From contig CAVSHO010000007.1 in assembly GCA_963727825.1 (NCBI GenBank), positions 96,001 through 160,000 of the forward strand: a stretch of 64,000 nt of DNA. Reading direction: 5' to 3'. Below the pieces are notes generated by a model. The model saw only the letters and a program-made list of their open reading frames with translations. It made no database searches and was not told the origin of the DNA. The translations under genes were made by a program, and so were the position numbers. The DNA is from Ignavibacteriota bacterium. GTDB taxonomy: Bacteria > Bacteroidota > Ignavibacteria > UBA10030. Below are positions 10,945 to 22,492 of the stretch, one piece after another; positions within the stretch are counted from its first letter, which is position 1, and each line of letters starts with the position of its first letter.

Positions 10945-12380
10945 AATCACAAACTAGAAATATTGTTTGGAAATTTGCAATCGCAGCCGTAATTGTAATG
11001 GTGCTGTATAATTCTTTTGGAGGTTATCTAACTACAATAGAAGTAGTGCCTGTAAACGCATGGTTTATAACCCCGTTTATTCTGTTGCTCTTAGCAATTG
11101 CTGTTATGCCATTTATTAACAGGAATTGGTGGGAAAAGAATTATCCGCTTGTTGCGTACACCTTGGGATTTATTGCGGTTTTCTATTATGCATTCTCGCT
11201 TCACAACACTCCGCGCCTTTTTCTGACATCGTATGAATACCTAAGTTTTATCTCGCTTATTGGATCGTTGTTCGTCGTGTCGGGCGGAATTCATATTCGA
11301 TTACGCGGGAAGTCAACACCGATAGGAAATGTTGCATTACTCGCGACTGGTGCGGCTGTTGCAAATATTCTTGGCACTACTGGTGCTTCAATGCTGCTTA
11401 TTCGTCCATTTTTGCGAATCAACAAATACCGTATTAAAGGTTATCACGTTGTATTTTTTATTTTTCTCGTAAGCAACATTGGCGGTGCTTTAACACCAAT
11501 TGGCGACCCGCCGTTATTTCTTGGTTTTCTAAAAGGTATTCCTTTTTTCTGGATAATCACTCGTATCTCCACGATCTGGATATTGACAATAGGAATGATC
11601 CTGCTCGTATTTTATCTGATAGATACGTACAACTTTCAGAAAGAATCGATTAAGGTAAAGAAATTAGCTGCTGAGATAGACGAGCCGGAAGTATCCGGAT
11701 TACATAATATCATATTTCTTTTAATCATTATTGCAGCAGTTTTCATAGAATCGCCTGCACCTTTGATGCTAAGAGAAGCTATTATGTGGAGCGCAGCGCT
11801 TGCATCGTTCCTGACAACAAAAAAAGAAATTCACCAGAAGAATGATTTTGACTTTGTGCCGTTGAAAGAGGTAGCAATATTGTTCGCCGGGATTTTTGCT
11901 ACTATGATTCCAGCGCTTGACTGGCTGCAATTGCATGCAGCAAGCATTGGCATTGTAACGCCAGGACAATATTTTTGGGGATCAGGAATATTATCAAGCG
12001 TACTCGATAATGTGCCGACATATTTGAATTTTCTAACCGCAGCGTTCGGATTGCACGGCGCGAATGTGGACAATGTGCAGCATATGAACTTGGTGCTTGG
12101 CCTGACAACTCCATCAGCGTCTGGTTTGCCAAACCCACTACAAACTGGTGCAATGGAGATTACATCGCAAACTTGGCGCTATGTACAGGCGATTTCAATA
12201 GGCGCCGTATTTTTTGGCGCAACCACATATATCGGTAATGGGCCGAATTTTATGGTGAAATCAATTGCTGAACAATCTGGAGTTCAGTGCCCAAGCTTCT
12301 TCGGCTATATATTTAAATACTCTTTGCCGATATTGTTTCCAATATTTGTATGTATCTGGTATATCTTTTTTAGAGTGTAG
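10941..12380 (+). CDS. IT-superfamily ion transporter (putative Na+/H+ antiporter / CitMHS-like)
   Basis: GTTGASMLLIRP, SNIGGALTPIGDPPL, LSSVLDNVPTY, TYIGNGPNFMV; about 12 TMs; start overlaps the nuoM stop. Confidence 0.8.
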   Translation: MKSQTRNIVWKFAIAAVIVMVLYNSFGGYLTTIEVVPVNAWFITPFILLLLAIAVMPFINRNWWEKNYPLVAYTLGFIAVFYYAFSLHNTPRLFLTSYEYLSFISLIGSLFVVSGGIHIRLRGKSTPIGNVALLATGAAVANILGTTGASMLLIRPFLRINKYRIKGYHVVFFIFLVSNIGGALTPIGDPPLFLGFLKGIPFFWIITRISTIWILTIGMILLVFYLIDTYNFQKESIKVKKLAAEIDEPEVSGLHNIIFLLIIIAAVFIESPAPLMLREAIMWSAALASFLTTKKEIHQKNDFDFVPLKEVAILFAGIFATMIPALDWLQLHAASIGIVTPGQYFWGSGILSSVLDNVPTYLNFLTAAFGLHGANVDNVQHMNLVLGLTTPSASGLPNPLQTGAMEITSQTWRYVQAISIGAVFFGATTYIGNGPNFMVKSIAEQSGVQCPSFFGYIFKYSLPILFPIFVCIWYIFFRV

Positions 12381-12403
12381 CTGTAATTTCATACTGTGCT
12401 ATT

Positions 12404-13835
12404 ATGATTATGAATTCTTATTTAAATGATATTTTTTCCAACGCGCCTGTAATGATTGTGATAGTGACAGCGCTTGCGGCTATGATAGTGGAAGCTACAC
12501 ACCGAACTAAACCGGTCGTAACTTGGTATGTCAGCTTGACTGGATTAGCCGTAGCTGCATTATTCGCTGTTGCGAATTTAAGTGTAGAAGGCCAAAGTTT
12601 TGGTGGCATGGTTCGACATGGCGGTTATGCAAATTTTTTCGGTACGCTATTTTGCATTGTTGCATTCATGACAGTCATACTTTCACGCAATTATTTTGAA
12701 CAGCAGAAATATCATCGCGGAGAATTCTATATCCTTCTGCTTTTTACCACAGTTGGTATGATGTTGATTGCTTCTGCTAATGATCTCATAATTCTTTTCC
12801 TTGGTATCGAATTAATGTCGGTTTGTCTATATGTGTTGGCAGGATTTATTCGTACCAAGGACCGTGCAAATGAGGCAGCGTTAAAGTATTTTCTGCTTGG
12901 CGCGTTCTCAACCGGATTTCTCCTCTATGGCATCGCGCTTATCTATGGCGCGGTTGGCACAACAAATCTTCTGATGATTCAAAACGTATTCGCTGTTGTA
13001 TCGACTAATCCTATTGTTTGTAATCGGCTCCGGATTATTAATTATTGGGTTGGCATTCAAAGTAGCTGCAGTACCGTTCCACATGTGGGCACCGGATGTG
13101 TACGAAGGCGCACCGACAACTGTAACGGCGTTTATGTCAACAGGAGTGAAAGCGGCAGCATTTGCGGCGTTCATCACAGTGTTCATCCGCACATTTGATT
13201 TTCTTGGCGGACGAGTAAATGAACTTATCGCTATTCTTGCCGCAGCATCAATGATTCTTGGCAATATAGTCGCGATTGCACAAACAAATATCAAACGGAT
13301 GCTCGCATATTCAAGTATTGCGCATGCCGGATATATGCTCTCCGGTATCGCCGCCGGTACACTCGATGGACAGGTGGGTGTGATGTTTTATCTCGTCGCA
13401 TATTCGATGATGAATCTCGGCGCTTTCGCCATCGTTAGTTTTATGGAACGAGAAGATGATAAAAATCTTTCGCTTGATGATTATATCGGATTAAGCCGTC
13501 AACAGCCTTTATTGGCTTTACTTATGGCTGTTTTTATGTTTGCGCTGGCTGGAGTTCCGCCATTTGCCGGATTCTTCGGCAAGTATTATGTCTTCTTAGC
13601 TGCAATTAAATCACAAATGACGTGGCTGGCAATTATAGGCGTGCTTACGAGTCTTGTGTCTGCGTATTATTATTTACGTGTCGTAGTATTGATGTATTTC
13701 CGGGAAGGGCATGCTGATGTTGTTTGCAAGCCATCGCGGGCAGCATTGGCGGTGGTTGTGGCATGTGCGGTTGCTGTGCTCACGTTTGGACTATTTCCTT
13801 CATTCATTATTCAAGTTGCTCAACGTTTCTTTTAA
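12404..13835 (+). CDS. nuoN: NADH-quinone oxidoreductase subunit N, split by a +1 frameshift near 13013
   Basis: ELMSVCLYVL, EAALKYFLLG in the first ORF; FKVAAVPFHMWAPDVYEGAP, KRMLAYSSIAHAGY in the second; join at 'aatcct(a)ttgttt'. Confidence 0.9.
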
Positions 13836-13856
13836 TTCACGAAACGGAGTTTTCTT

Positions 13857-15410
13857 ATGCAACGCATAGTTTCAGCTGAAGAAATGCGATGGTGCGATGA
13901 AACCACCATCAACACCTACGGCGTCCCCGGATTATTATTGATGGAGAATGCCGGACGCGGTGTGGTCGAAGTCATAAAACACAGAAATACCGCACTTGAA
14001 TCCAAAAAGATTCTCGTTGTTTGCGGCAAAGGTAATAATGGCGGCGATGGATTCGTTATCGCACGATTGCTTTCAAATTCATGCATGCAGATAAATGTCC
14101 TGCTGATGGCGTCACCATCTGAATTAAAGGGAGATGCAAAAAAGAATTTCATAATTTTGCAAAAGTTTGCCAAGAAATCACCTCATAAAATCACAATTCA
14201 CCGATTTTCAAAAAGAGTTCTCTCGTCAATTCCCAAACCCGATATCATTGTAGATGCTATATTTGGTACTGGTTTCTCTGGCTCTGTCCGCAAACCATTT
14301 ACAGACGTCATCGACTGGATGAATAAACAAGGAACACAAATTGTTGCGGTGGATATTCCTTCCGGTGTAAATGGGACAACCGGAGTAGTTGAGAATTGTG
14401 CAGTGCGAGCCAATATTACGGTGACATTCGGATCTATCAAATCCGGATTGCTTTGCAATCAGGGACGCGAGTTGGTTGGCTCTGTCTTTGTGATAGATAT
14501 CGGAATTCCAGACTCGATTATAAAAGATAAACGATTGCGAACTTCTCTTGTTGAACAAATGGATGTGCGCCGGGTTATTCCGGAGAGATCGATGCACGCG
14601 CATAAGTATAGTGTCGGCAAAGTGCTGGTGCTTGCCGGTTCAAAAGGACTGACAGGTGCGGCAGCGTTATGCAGTACATCTGCAATGCGTGCCGGTGCCG
14701 GTGCGGTTATGCTTGGAACACCAGAACCGGTGTACCCAATTCTTGCGCGCAAGCTGACTGAGGCGATGACTTTTCCACTTCCAGCAACGAGTGATGGAAC
14801 ATTAAGTCTTGATGCGTTTGATGGAATTCTCGAAAAACTTTCCTGGGCGGATATGCTTGTAATTGGGCCAGGATTGTCTCAAAATCTTGAAACTCAGAAA
14901 TTAATTTTCAAACTCCTACTTGAATATCGCGGAAAAATATTAGTTGACGCCGATGGATTAAATGCAATTGCCGTGAATGGAATTTCAAAGCTTCGATCCG
15001 CACGCGCGCAATTTATACTCACGCCGCACGTTGGAGAATTCTCGCGTCTCACAGGATTGCTATCGATCGAAGTTGAGCATCGCCGAATAGAAGCAGCTTA
15101 TGCTTTAGCAAAGAAAATTGGCGCAACGGTTGTGCTCAAAGGTGTTCCAACTGTTACTGCATCAATGGAAGGAATTTGTTTCCTCAACTCAACAGGAAAT
15201 CCGGGCATGGCTACTGCGGGTTCGGGCGATGTGCTCTCCGGAATTATTGCCGGTTTATGGGCGCAGGGAATGTCGGATGTAGAAGCCGCTTTTGCCGGTG
15301 TGTACTTCCACGGGCTATCGGGAGATCTTGCCGCAAAGGAAATGGGAGTGCGAGGCCTTCTGGCAAATGATCTTATTGATTATTTACCTGCCGCGATGAA
15401 ATTATCGTAA
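13857..15410 (+). CDS. nnr: Bifunctional NAD(P)H-hydrate epimerase/dehydratase
   Basis: LMENAG, CGKGNNGGDG, DAIFGTG, AVDIPSG, LTPHVGEF, GNPGMATAGSGDVL. Confidence 0.93.
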   Translation: MQRIVSAEEMRWCDETTINTYGVPGLLLMENAGRGVVEVIKHRNTALESKKILVVCGKGNNGGDGFVIARLLSNSCMQINVLLMASPSELKGDAKKNFIILQKFAKKSPHKITIHRFSKRVLSSIPKPDIIVDAIFGTGFSGSVRKPFTDVIDWMNKQGTQIVAVDIPSGVNGTTGVVENCAVRANITVTFGSIKSGLLCNQGRELVGSVFVIDIGIPDSIIKDKRLRTSLVEQMDVRRVIPERSMHAHKYSVGKVLVLAGSKGLTGAAALCSTSAMRAGAGAVMLGTPEPVYPILARKLTEAMTFPLPATSDGTLSLDAFDGILEKLSWADMLVIGPGLSQNLETQKLIFKLLLEYRGKILVDADGLNAIAVNGISKLRSARAQFILTPHVGEFSRLTGLLSIEVEHRRIEAAYALAKKIGATVVLKGVPTVTASMEGICFLNSTGNPGMATAGSGDVLSGIIAGLWAQGMSDVEAAFAGVYFHGLSGDLAAKEMGVRGLLANDLIDYLPAAMKLS

Positions 15411-16132
15411 CCTTCCGAGGTCTCGATAGGTCTTAAATGACCTTCGGAAGGTTCTTGGGAGGTATCACAAAACATGAAATATAAGGACCAATCATACTAC
15501 CATATTTACAATAGGGGCGCGCATAAAGAGAATATTTTCTTCTCCGATGAGCATTACCTTCGGTGTCTGAACCTTTTAGAGAAATATTCCACAAAATATT
15601 CGGTATCGATCATTGCTTATTGTCTTATGCCCAATCATTATCATTTGGTAATTCGGCAAAATGAGAACGGTTCAATCTCTCGTTGCATTCAAACTACGTT
15701 CAATGCGTGTTCACAAACGGTTAATCTGATGGAGCAGCACAGCGGTACCTTATTCCAGGGAAAGGCAAAGGCAAAACAGATCGATTCGGAATCCTCTCTG
15801 ATACAGGTAATTCGTTACGTGCATCTTAATCCGGTAAGAGCCGGATTTGTGCAAAGACCGGAAGATTGGCACTTTTCTGATTATCTCGATTGGATTCTGT
15901 CACCTTCCGAAGGTCACGGTAGATCTGAATTGACCTTCGGAAGGTCATCAATGTGTAATACTTATTTTGCAAATGTGGAAGATTATAAGCAATTTGTCGG
16001 AGGAATACCAGACGATGCAGAAAGAGAATGACCTTCAAAAGTTTTTATTTGATGAAAAATAATGTCCGTTACCTTCCGAAGGCCAGTTACCTTCCGAAGG
16101 ACACAGCGAACCGAACAGTTCCTTCGGAAGGT
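15409..16132. repeat. REP-like palindromes (ACCTTCCGAAGG / CCTTCGGAAGGT) around and within RAYT-1
   Basis: Inverted pairs at 15409-15453 and 15902-15945 (inside the CDS); copies at 16068-16082, 16086-16100 and 16121-16132. Confidence 0.85.
15474..16031 (+). mobile_element. REP-associated tyrosine (HUH Y1) transposase, RAYT-1
   Basis: YYHIYNRG, AYCLMPNHYHL (HUH), GTLFQG, YVHLNPVRAG..PEDW; flanked by REPs. Confidence 0.85.
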
Positions 16133-16299
16133 TGCCTACCTGCTACGATGCAACTAATTTAGGCGGACTCTGCGTTCATCACGATCGTGAAGACAATAAT
16201 CTAATCTACGAGATAATGGCTTGCTATTATGCTTCCATTCGTTTTATTGGAAAATATTTGGTAATTTAAAAATGCTTGTTATAGCTTCATTAAAGGGAC

Positions 16300-17514
16300 A
16301 TGGCAAAGTCAATACCAGCGATAGTAACACCTAAGCTTCTCAAATGGGCACGGGAAGAAACTGGCTTTTTACTAGAAGATGTAGCAGAAAAGCTCAAGCG
16401 ACCGTTTGAAGAAATCCGTTCTTGGGAAACCAATAAAGAGACTCCGCCAACCCTACGACAAGCAGAAAAGCTTGCGAAACTTTACCGAACATCATATTCT
16501 GTTTTTACATTACCAGAACCTCCAAGAACAATACCACTTGCAACAGAGTACAGGCGATTACCGAATGTTATCCCAGGAGAAGAATCTCCGGACCTTCGAT
16601 TTGCGTTGCGGGAGTTATTGTTCCGCAGGCGCGTTGCTCTGGAACTCATGGAAGAAATGGGAAATATATCAGAGAGATTTTCTCTCACCGCCAGACTCTC
16701 CGAAAATTCAGAAGAGATGTCAAAACGTATTCGCAAATTACTTGGCATTTCGATTGAACTACAACACAAGTGGGAAAACGATTCGCAAGCATGGAAAGCT
16801 TGGAGAGATGCAATAGAAGCACTGGACGTATTAGTCTTTGTATTTTCGGATGTTGATCAAGAAGAGGTGCGGGGAGTATCACTTTTTCATTCCACGCTTC
16901 CGGTTATTGGCGTTAACAGCAAAGAAATTCCTTCTTCACGGCCGTTCACATTACTGCATGAGTTTATTCATATCCTTTTCGCAAATGGTGAAGAAGAAAA
17001 AGCGGCACAGGATGAGAAACGAACAGAAGCTGAGTGGAAGAAACTAGAAGAATTTACTGAAAAGATAGCCGGTGGAATTTTAATGCCTTTGGAGTATATA
17101 CTTACAGAAGAAATGGTGAAAACGCGATCAGCTTCTGCTATTTGGAGTATAGAGGAGATTCAAAGATTAGCACGACGCTATAAGGTAACACCGAAAGCAT
17201 TTGCTACACGGTTGCTTTCTATTGGGAAAATGAATCCAGCTTCATATCACCAATGGAACGATGATTGGAGAAAATATATTGAAAATCATCCTTTCAAAGG
17301 CGGTGGAATTGCAACTCCAGCAGAAAAAGCATTGAATAAGAATGGAACAGCATATACCACGTTAGTAATTGATGCACTCAACATGGAACGCATTACGCCG
17401 GTTGAAGCATCGAGGTATTTAAATCTCCATTATCCACACGTAGAGGAATTGCGGCTTCATTTTTCATTCGGAAGGCCATTACCAACTTATAGGAAAACGA
17501 AAGGGGAAGGCTAA
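16300..17514 (+). CDS. XRE HTH + ImmA/IrrE (M78) metallopeptidase
   Basis: LKWARE..G HTH with PTLRQAEKLA; FTLLHEFIH (HExxH) and downstream E..A motif. Confidence 0.85.
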   Translation: MAKSIPAIVTPKLLKWAREETGFLLEDVAEKLKRPFEEIRSWETNKETPPTLRQAEKLAKLYRTSYSVFTLPEPPRTIPLATEYRRLPNVIPGEESPDLRFALRELLFRRRVALELMEEMGNISERFSLTARLSENSEEMSKRIRKLLGISIELQHKWENDSQAWKAWRDAIEALDVLVFVFSDVDQEEVRGVSLFHSTLPVIGVNSKEIPSSRPFTLLHEFIHILFANGEEEKAAQDEKRTEAEWKKLEEFTEKIAGGILMPLEYILTEEMVKTRSASAIWSIEEIQRLARRYKVTPKAFATRLLSIGKMNPASYHQWNDDWRKYIENHPFKGGGIATPAEKALNKNGTAYTTLVIDALNMERITPVEASRYLNLHYPHVEELRLHFSFGRPLPTYRKTKGEG

Positions 17515-17990
17515 TGTATTCTGTCGATACTAATATTTTTGTTGATTGGTGGGAAAGACGTTATCCACCGGATGTTTTCCCCTGTGTCCAAAAAGCAATG
17601 GAACTTCTTGTCAGTCAAGATAAACTATTAGCGCCTGAAAGAGTCCTAGAAGAAATAATTGGGAATGTTGGATCAAAAGATTTACAGAATTGGGCAAAAC
17701 AGCACAAATCCATTTTTGTACCACATGAAACTGATTTACAATTAGAAGCTCAGCAAATTCTTATAGATTATCCTGATCTTATTGATACAACAACACCATT
17801 TGATGAAGCCGATCGCTGGGTAATTGCACTTGCAAAAATTAACAACTTTGTGGTTGTTACCCACGAGACTTCGGTACGGAAAAAGAAAAACCCACTGCGC
17901 AAACTATACATTCCCGATGTATGTCGATTGCTTGGTATCCGATGTGTAGAATTTCTTGAATTAATGCGAATGGAAGGTTGGAATTTTTAA
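17514..17990 (+). CDS. PIN-domain protein, DUF4411-like
   Basis: MYSVDTNIF, EE, ADRWVIALA, VVVTHE, IPDVC; start overlaps the upstream stop. Confidence 0.8.
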   Translation: MYSVDTNIFVDWWERRYPPDVFPCVQKAMELLVSQDKLLAPERVLEEIIGNVGSKDLQNWAKQHKSIFVPHETDLQLEAQQILIDYPDLIDTTTPFDEADRWVIALAKINNFVVVTHETSVRKKKNPLRKLYIPDVCRLLGIRCVEFLELMRMEGWNF

Positions 17991-18156
17991 CTATATTCTC
18001 TTTTTGTTATTCAGTATCCAACTTTCTGAGAATTGGATTCCTCAACATTAAACCATTTGACAACTGCCCATTTTCTGTCTATATTTTATTAGAAGAAATT
18101 GAAATAATCTCTTATTCAGCCGCAGGAATTCTCTTCTGCGGTTTTTTAATAGATAG

Positions 18157-19311
<1,155 letters not shown>

Positions 19312-19329
19312 ATATAACAGGAGGATACA

Positions 19330-19659
19330 GTGCTACATTATTTCACACTTTTAATGGGTCAACCGAATCAAGGTGAAGGGCCAGGCTTGATGTCAAATGT
19401 TATCCTTTTCGGCTCCATCATTCTTATCTTTTATTTTATGATTATCCGGCCACAGCAAAAACGCACCAAGGAACGCCAGAAACTTATCGATAGTATGAAA
19501 AAGGGCGATAAAGTCATCACGTCAGGTGGTATGTACGGTACTATTGCCGGATTGGATGATAAGACTGTGCTCGTTGAGATAGCAGATAAAATAAAAGTGA
19601 AATTAGATCGCAGCGCCATTGCAACAATTATTTCGGACTCTGCGCCAGAAATAAAATAA
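19330..19659 (+). CDS. yajC: Preprotein translocase subunit YajC
   Basis: [23 protein letters not shown]; follows tgt. Confidence 0.93.
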   Translation: MLHYFTLLMGQPNQGEGPGLMSNVILFGSIILIFYFMIIRPQQKRTKERQKLIDSMKKGDKVITSGGMYGTIAGLDDKTVLVEIADKIKVKLDRSAIATIISDSAPEIK

Positions 19660-19670
19660 TCGAATAGCAA

Positions 19671-20912
19671 ATGGCAGAAGAACAATTCCATACAATTGAA
19701 GAAGCGATTGAAGATTTCCGGAACGGCAAAATTCTGATTGTTGTAGATGATGAAGACCGTGAAAATGAAGGAGACTTCGTTCTCGCAGCAGAAAAGGTGA
19801 CTTCGGAAGCAATTAATTTCTTCGTGAAAGAGGGGCGCGGAGTTGTTTGCACGCCTCTTACAGCAGAACGGGCAAAGGAATTAAATCTCGATCTGATGGT
19901 GGAAGCTAATACATCTCTTCACGAAACGCCATTTACTGTTTCCATCGATTATCTGCAAGGATCAACGACAGGCGTTTCGGTTACGGAACGAGCAAATACT
20001 GTGCGAGCATTGGCAGATTCAAACGCTCAAGCGCAGGATTTTGGCAGGCCGGGGCATATTTTCCCATTACGTGCAATGGAGGGAGGTGTATTACGCCGCG
20101 CTGGTCATACTGAAGCGGTTGTGGATCTCTGTAAACTTTCCGGTTTAATTCCAGTAGGAGTCTTATGCGAAATTCTTGCTGAAGATGGCACAATGGCGCG
20201 TGTTCCGGAGTTGTTAAAAATTGCCCAAAAATTTAATTTAAAAATTATTACAGTGCGCGCGCTGATCGAATACAGAATACGGCGAGACAGGCTTATCCAG
20301 CGTGTTGTCTCAACAAATCTGCCGTCAATGTACGGAAAGTTTCGTATTCATCTCTATAAAAGCCAGACTGATAATAAAGAGCACATTGCGTTGGTGAAGG
20401 GAGAAATTTCTCCCGAGATTCCAACACTCGTGCGTGTTCACTCGGAATGTTTGACGGGTGATGTGTTTGGTTCGCTTAGGTGCGATTGTCGTGCACAATT
20501 GGTTGCTTCGATGGAGCAGATAGAAAGAGAAGGGCGCGGTATCGTTCTCTATATGCGGCAGGAAGGCCGCGGCATCGGATTGTCAAATAAACTCAAAGCG
20601 TACAGTCTGCAGGACGACGGGCTTGATACAGTTGAGGCGAATGAAAAACTTGGCTTCCGCGCCGATCTGCGAGATTATGGAATCGGTGCGCAAATTCTTC
20701 GCGATCTCGGTGTCGGGAAAATGCGCCTGCTGACAAACAATCCAAAAAAGATTGTTGGTCTAACTGGATACGGATTAGAAGTTGTTGAGCGTGTACCTTT
20801 AGAGATTAATCCGAATCAGTACAATGAACGGTACTTAACAACAAAGCGTGACAAACTTGGTCATTTAATCTTGATAGAGGCAAAGAACTCGGGAAAAGGT
20901 AAGAAGAGTTAA
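19671..20912 (+). CDS. ribBA: 3,4-dihydroxy-2-butanone-4-phosphate synthase / GTP cyclohydrolase II
   Basis: [48 protein letters not shown]. Confidence 0.96.
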   Translation: MAEEQFHTIEEAIEDFRNGKILIVVDDEDRENEGDFVLAAEKVTSEAINFFVKEGRGVVCTPLTAERAKELNLDLMVEANTSLHETPFTVSIDYLQGSTTGVSVTERANTVRALADSNAQAQDFGRPGHIFPLRAMEGGVLRRAGHTEAVVDLCKLSGLIPVGVLCEILAEDGTMARVPELLKIAQKFNLKIITVRALIEYRIRRDRLIQRVVSTNLPSMYGKFRIHLYKSQTDNKEHIALVKGEISPEIPTLVRVHSECLTGDVFGSLRCDCRAQLVASMEQIEREGRGIVLYMRQEGRGIGLSNKLKAYSLQDDGLDTVEANEKLGFRADLRDYGIGAQILRDLGVGKMRLLTNNPKKIVGLTGYGLEVVERVPLEINPNQYNERYLTTKRDKLGHLILIEAKNSGKGKKS

Positions 20913-20927
20913 GCAGTAAAATTATTC

Positions 20928-21048
20928 TTGCGTCTATCTAATAAATCACCTACTTTGATTTTAGAATAGCACAGCCACCATCCCAGAAGATGATGGCTTT
21001 TATTTTTGCATTTACCCTTCGGAGACATTCTGCTGAAGGGATTTTTTT
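20928..21048 (+). promoter_or_regulatory. Putative greA promoter with two terminator-like hairpins in the leader
   Basis: TTGCGT-17bp-TACTTT (20928-20956); hairpins AGCCACCATC..GATGATGGCT-TTT (20973-21001) and CCCTTCGG..CTGAAGGG-A-T7 (21015-21048). Confidence 0.5.
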
Positions 21049-21066
21049 CGGTCAAAGGAAGTAGAT

Positions 21067-21552
21067 ATGGGAGAAAATAATAACGGTAAGGTGTACCTAA
21101 CACGCGAAAAACTCGCAGAACTTGAGCAGGAGCTACGCGAAATGAAAACAGTCGGCCGCGCAGATATGGCGGCGAAGATTGCCGAGGCGCGCGGCTACGG
21201 TGATTTGAGCGAAAACGCGGAGTACGATGCCGCAAAAGAAGCGCAGCAGCACCTCGAACTCCGAATTGCTAAGATAGAAGAAACACTTTCGCGTACGCAA
21301 ATCATTGATATTAATAATTTGCAAACAGACAAAGTTTATATTCTATCGCTTGTTAAAATTCAAGATCAGCGCACCAAACAAATTATCGAATATCGGCTTG
21401 TTGCACCCGAAGAAGCCGACTTCGAAAAAAATAAAATATCCTTCACATCGCCGATCGGTAAAGGATTGCTCGGGAAAAAGCAGGGTGAACTTGTTCAAAT
21501 CAAAGCGCCTGCCGGCATGCTGGAATATAAGATTATAGAAATTGGCCGATAG
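21067..21552 (+). CDS. greA: Transcription elongation factor GreA
   Basis: EARGYGDLSENAEYDAAKE, ISFTSPIGKGLLGK. Confidence 0.95.
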   Translation: MGENNNGKVYLTREKLAELEQELREMKTVGRADMAAKIAEARGYGDLSENAEYDAAKEAQQHLELRIAKIEETLSRTQIIDINNLQTDKVYILSLVKIQDQRTKQIIEYRLVAPEEADFEKNKISFTSPIGKGLLGKKQGELVQIKAPAGMLEYKIIEIGR

Positions 21553-21642
21553 GAATATCCGCAGAGCGAAAAAAATTATTTTTGTACAAATTCTTAAGAC
21601 TATCATCTATATTCATCCTTCAATGTTCCTGTAAAATAAATT

Positions 21643-22152
21643 ATGCGGCAAAATTTAGAATTGAAAGCGCGCATTTCATCTGTATCTGAGGCTGTTCATG
21701 CCGCGCATCGTCTTAAAGCAAAAGCTAAAGGTATTCTAAGACAGCGCGACGTCTATTATAAGGTTTCTCACGGCCGGCTTAAGCTTAGAATTATTAACGA
21801 TCGTTCCGCAGAACTAATCTTCTATAATCGTCCCAATAAAAAAGGAAGCCGGTACTCCGATTATTTTTTGCTTCCTGTCTCTAATGTGAGGCTGGTAAAC
21901 GAGCTTTGTACAGCGGCGTTTGGACAAAAGGTAGTTGTAGAAAAGAAACGCAGGCTTTTTATCTATAAAAATTCCCGGATTCATTTGGATGAAGTGCGTG
22001 AACTCGGAACGTTTATTGAATTTGAAGTACTAGTGAAACACGGAAGACATCAAGCACAAAAGCTTTTGGAAGCACTCGTAACAAAATTTAATATCAGACG
22101 TGCAACAATAATTGCAGTTTCTTATGCTGATTTAGTACTCAGGAACAAATGA
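21643..22152 (+). CDS. CYTH-domain protein (class IV adenylate cyclase-like)
   Basis: NLELKAR, QRDVYY, RLKLR, VEKKR, RIHLDEV..LGTFIEFE, SYADL. Confidence 0.85.
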   Translation: MRQNLELKARISSVSEAVHAAHRLKAKAKGILRQRDVYYKVSHGRLKLRIINDRSAELIFYNRPNKKGSRYSDYFLLPVSNVRLVNELCTAAFGQKVVVEKKRRLFIYKNSRIHLDEVRELGTFIEFEVLVKHGRHQAQKLLEALVTKFNIRRATIIAVSYADLVLRNK

Positions 22153-22233
22153 ACTAAGAGAGAATTGTTAGCAGTTTACGGTTGGCACTCTCTTTATTGT
22201 GACCCCGTAAGGAAAATCAATGAGAAAAAACTC

Positions 22234-22262
22234 TTGCGGAGTGCAGACGTTTTTGGTATATT
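22234..22262 (+). promoter_or_regulatory. sigma70-like promoter of tRNA-Gly
   Basis: TTGCGG-17bp-TATATT, 12 nt before the tRNA. Confidence 0.55.
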
Positions 22263-22274
22263 ATTGCAGGTAAT

Positions 22275-22347
22275 GCGGGAATAGCTCAGTTGGTAGAGCG
22301 CAACCTTGCCAAGGTTGAGGTCGCGGGTCCGAGCCCCGTTTCCCGCT
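22275..22347 (+). tRNA. tRNA-Gly(GCC)
   Basis: GCGGGAA/TTCCCGC acceptor stem, AGCTCAGTTGGTAGAGC D arm, CAACC-TTGCCAA-GGTTG anticodon arm; T loop reads TCCGAGC; no encoded CCA. Confidence 0.93.
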
Positions 22348-22454
22348 CTGCCTCTAGAATGCACAGCAATCAGAGGCACTCTTAACGAAACTGAAGATTC
22401 CGTTTGATTACGACTTTTTGAGAGACGTTAAGAGAAATCTTATCTATTAATTTG

Positions 22455-22492
22455 CCCCGCTGCCACTTATCCCACCGGACAGCGGGGTTTTT
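22455..22492 (+). terminator. Rho-independent terminator downstream of tRNA-Gly
   Basis: CCCCGCTG..CAGCGGGG followed by T5. Confidence 0.65.
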
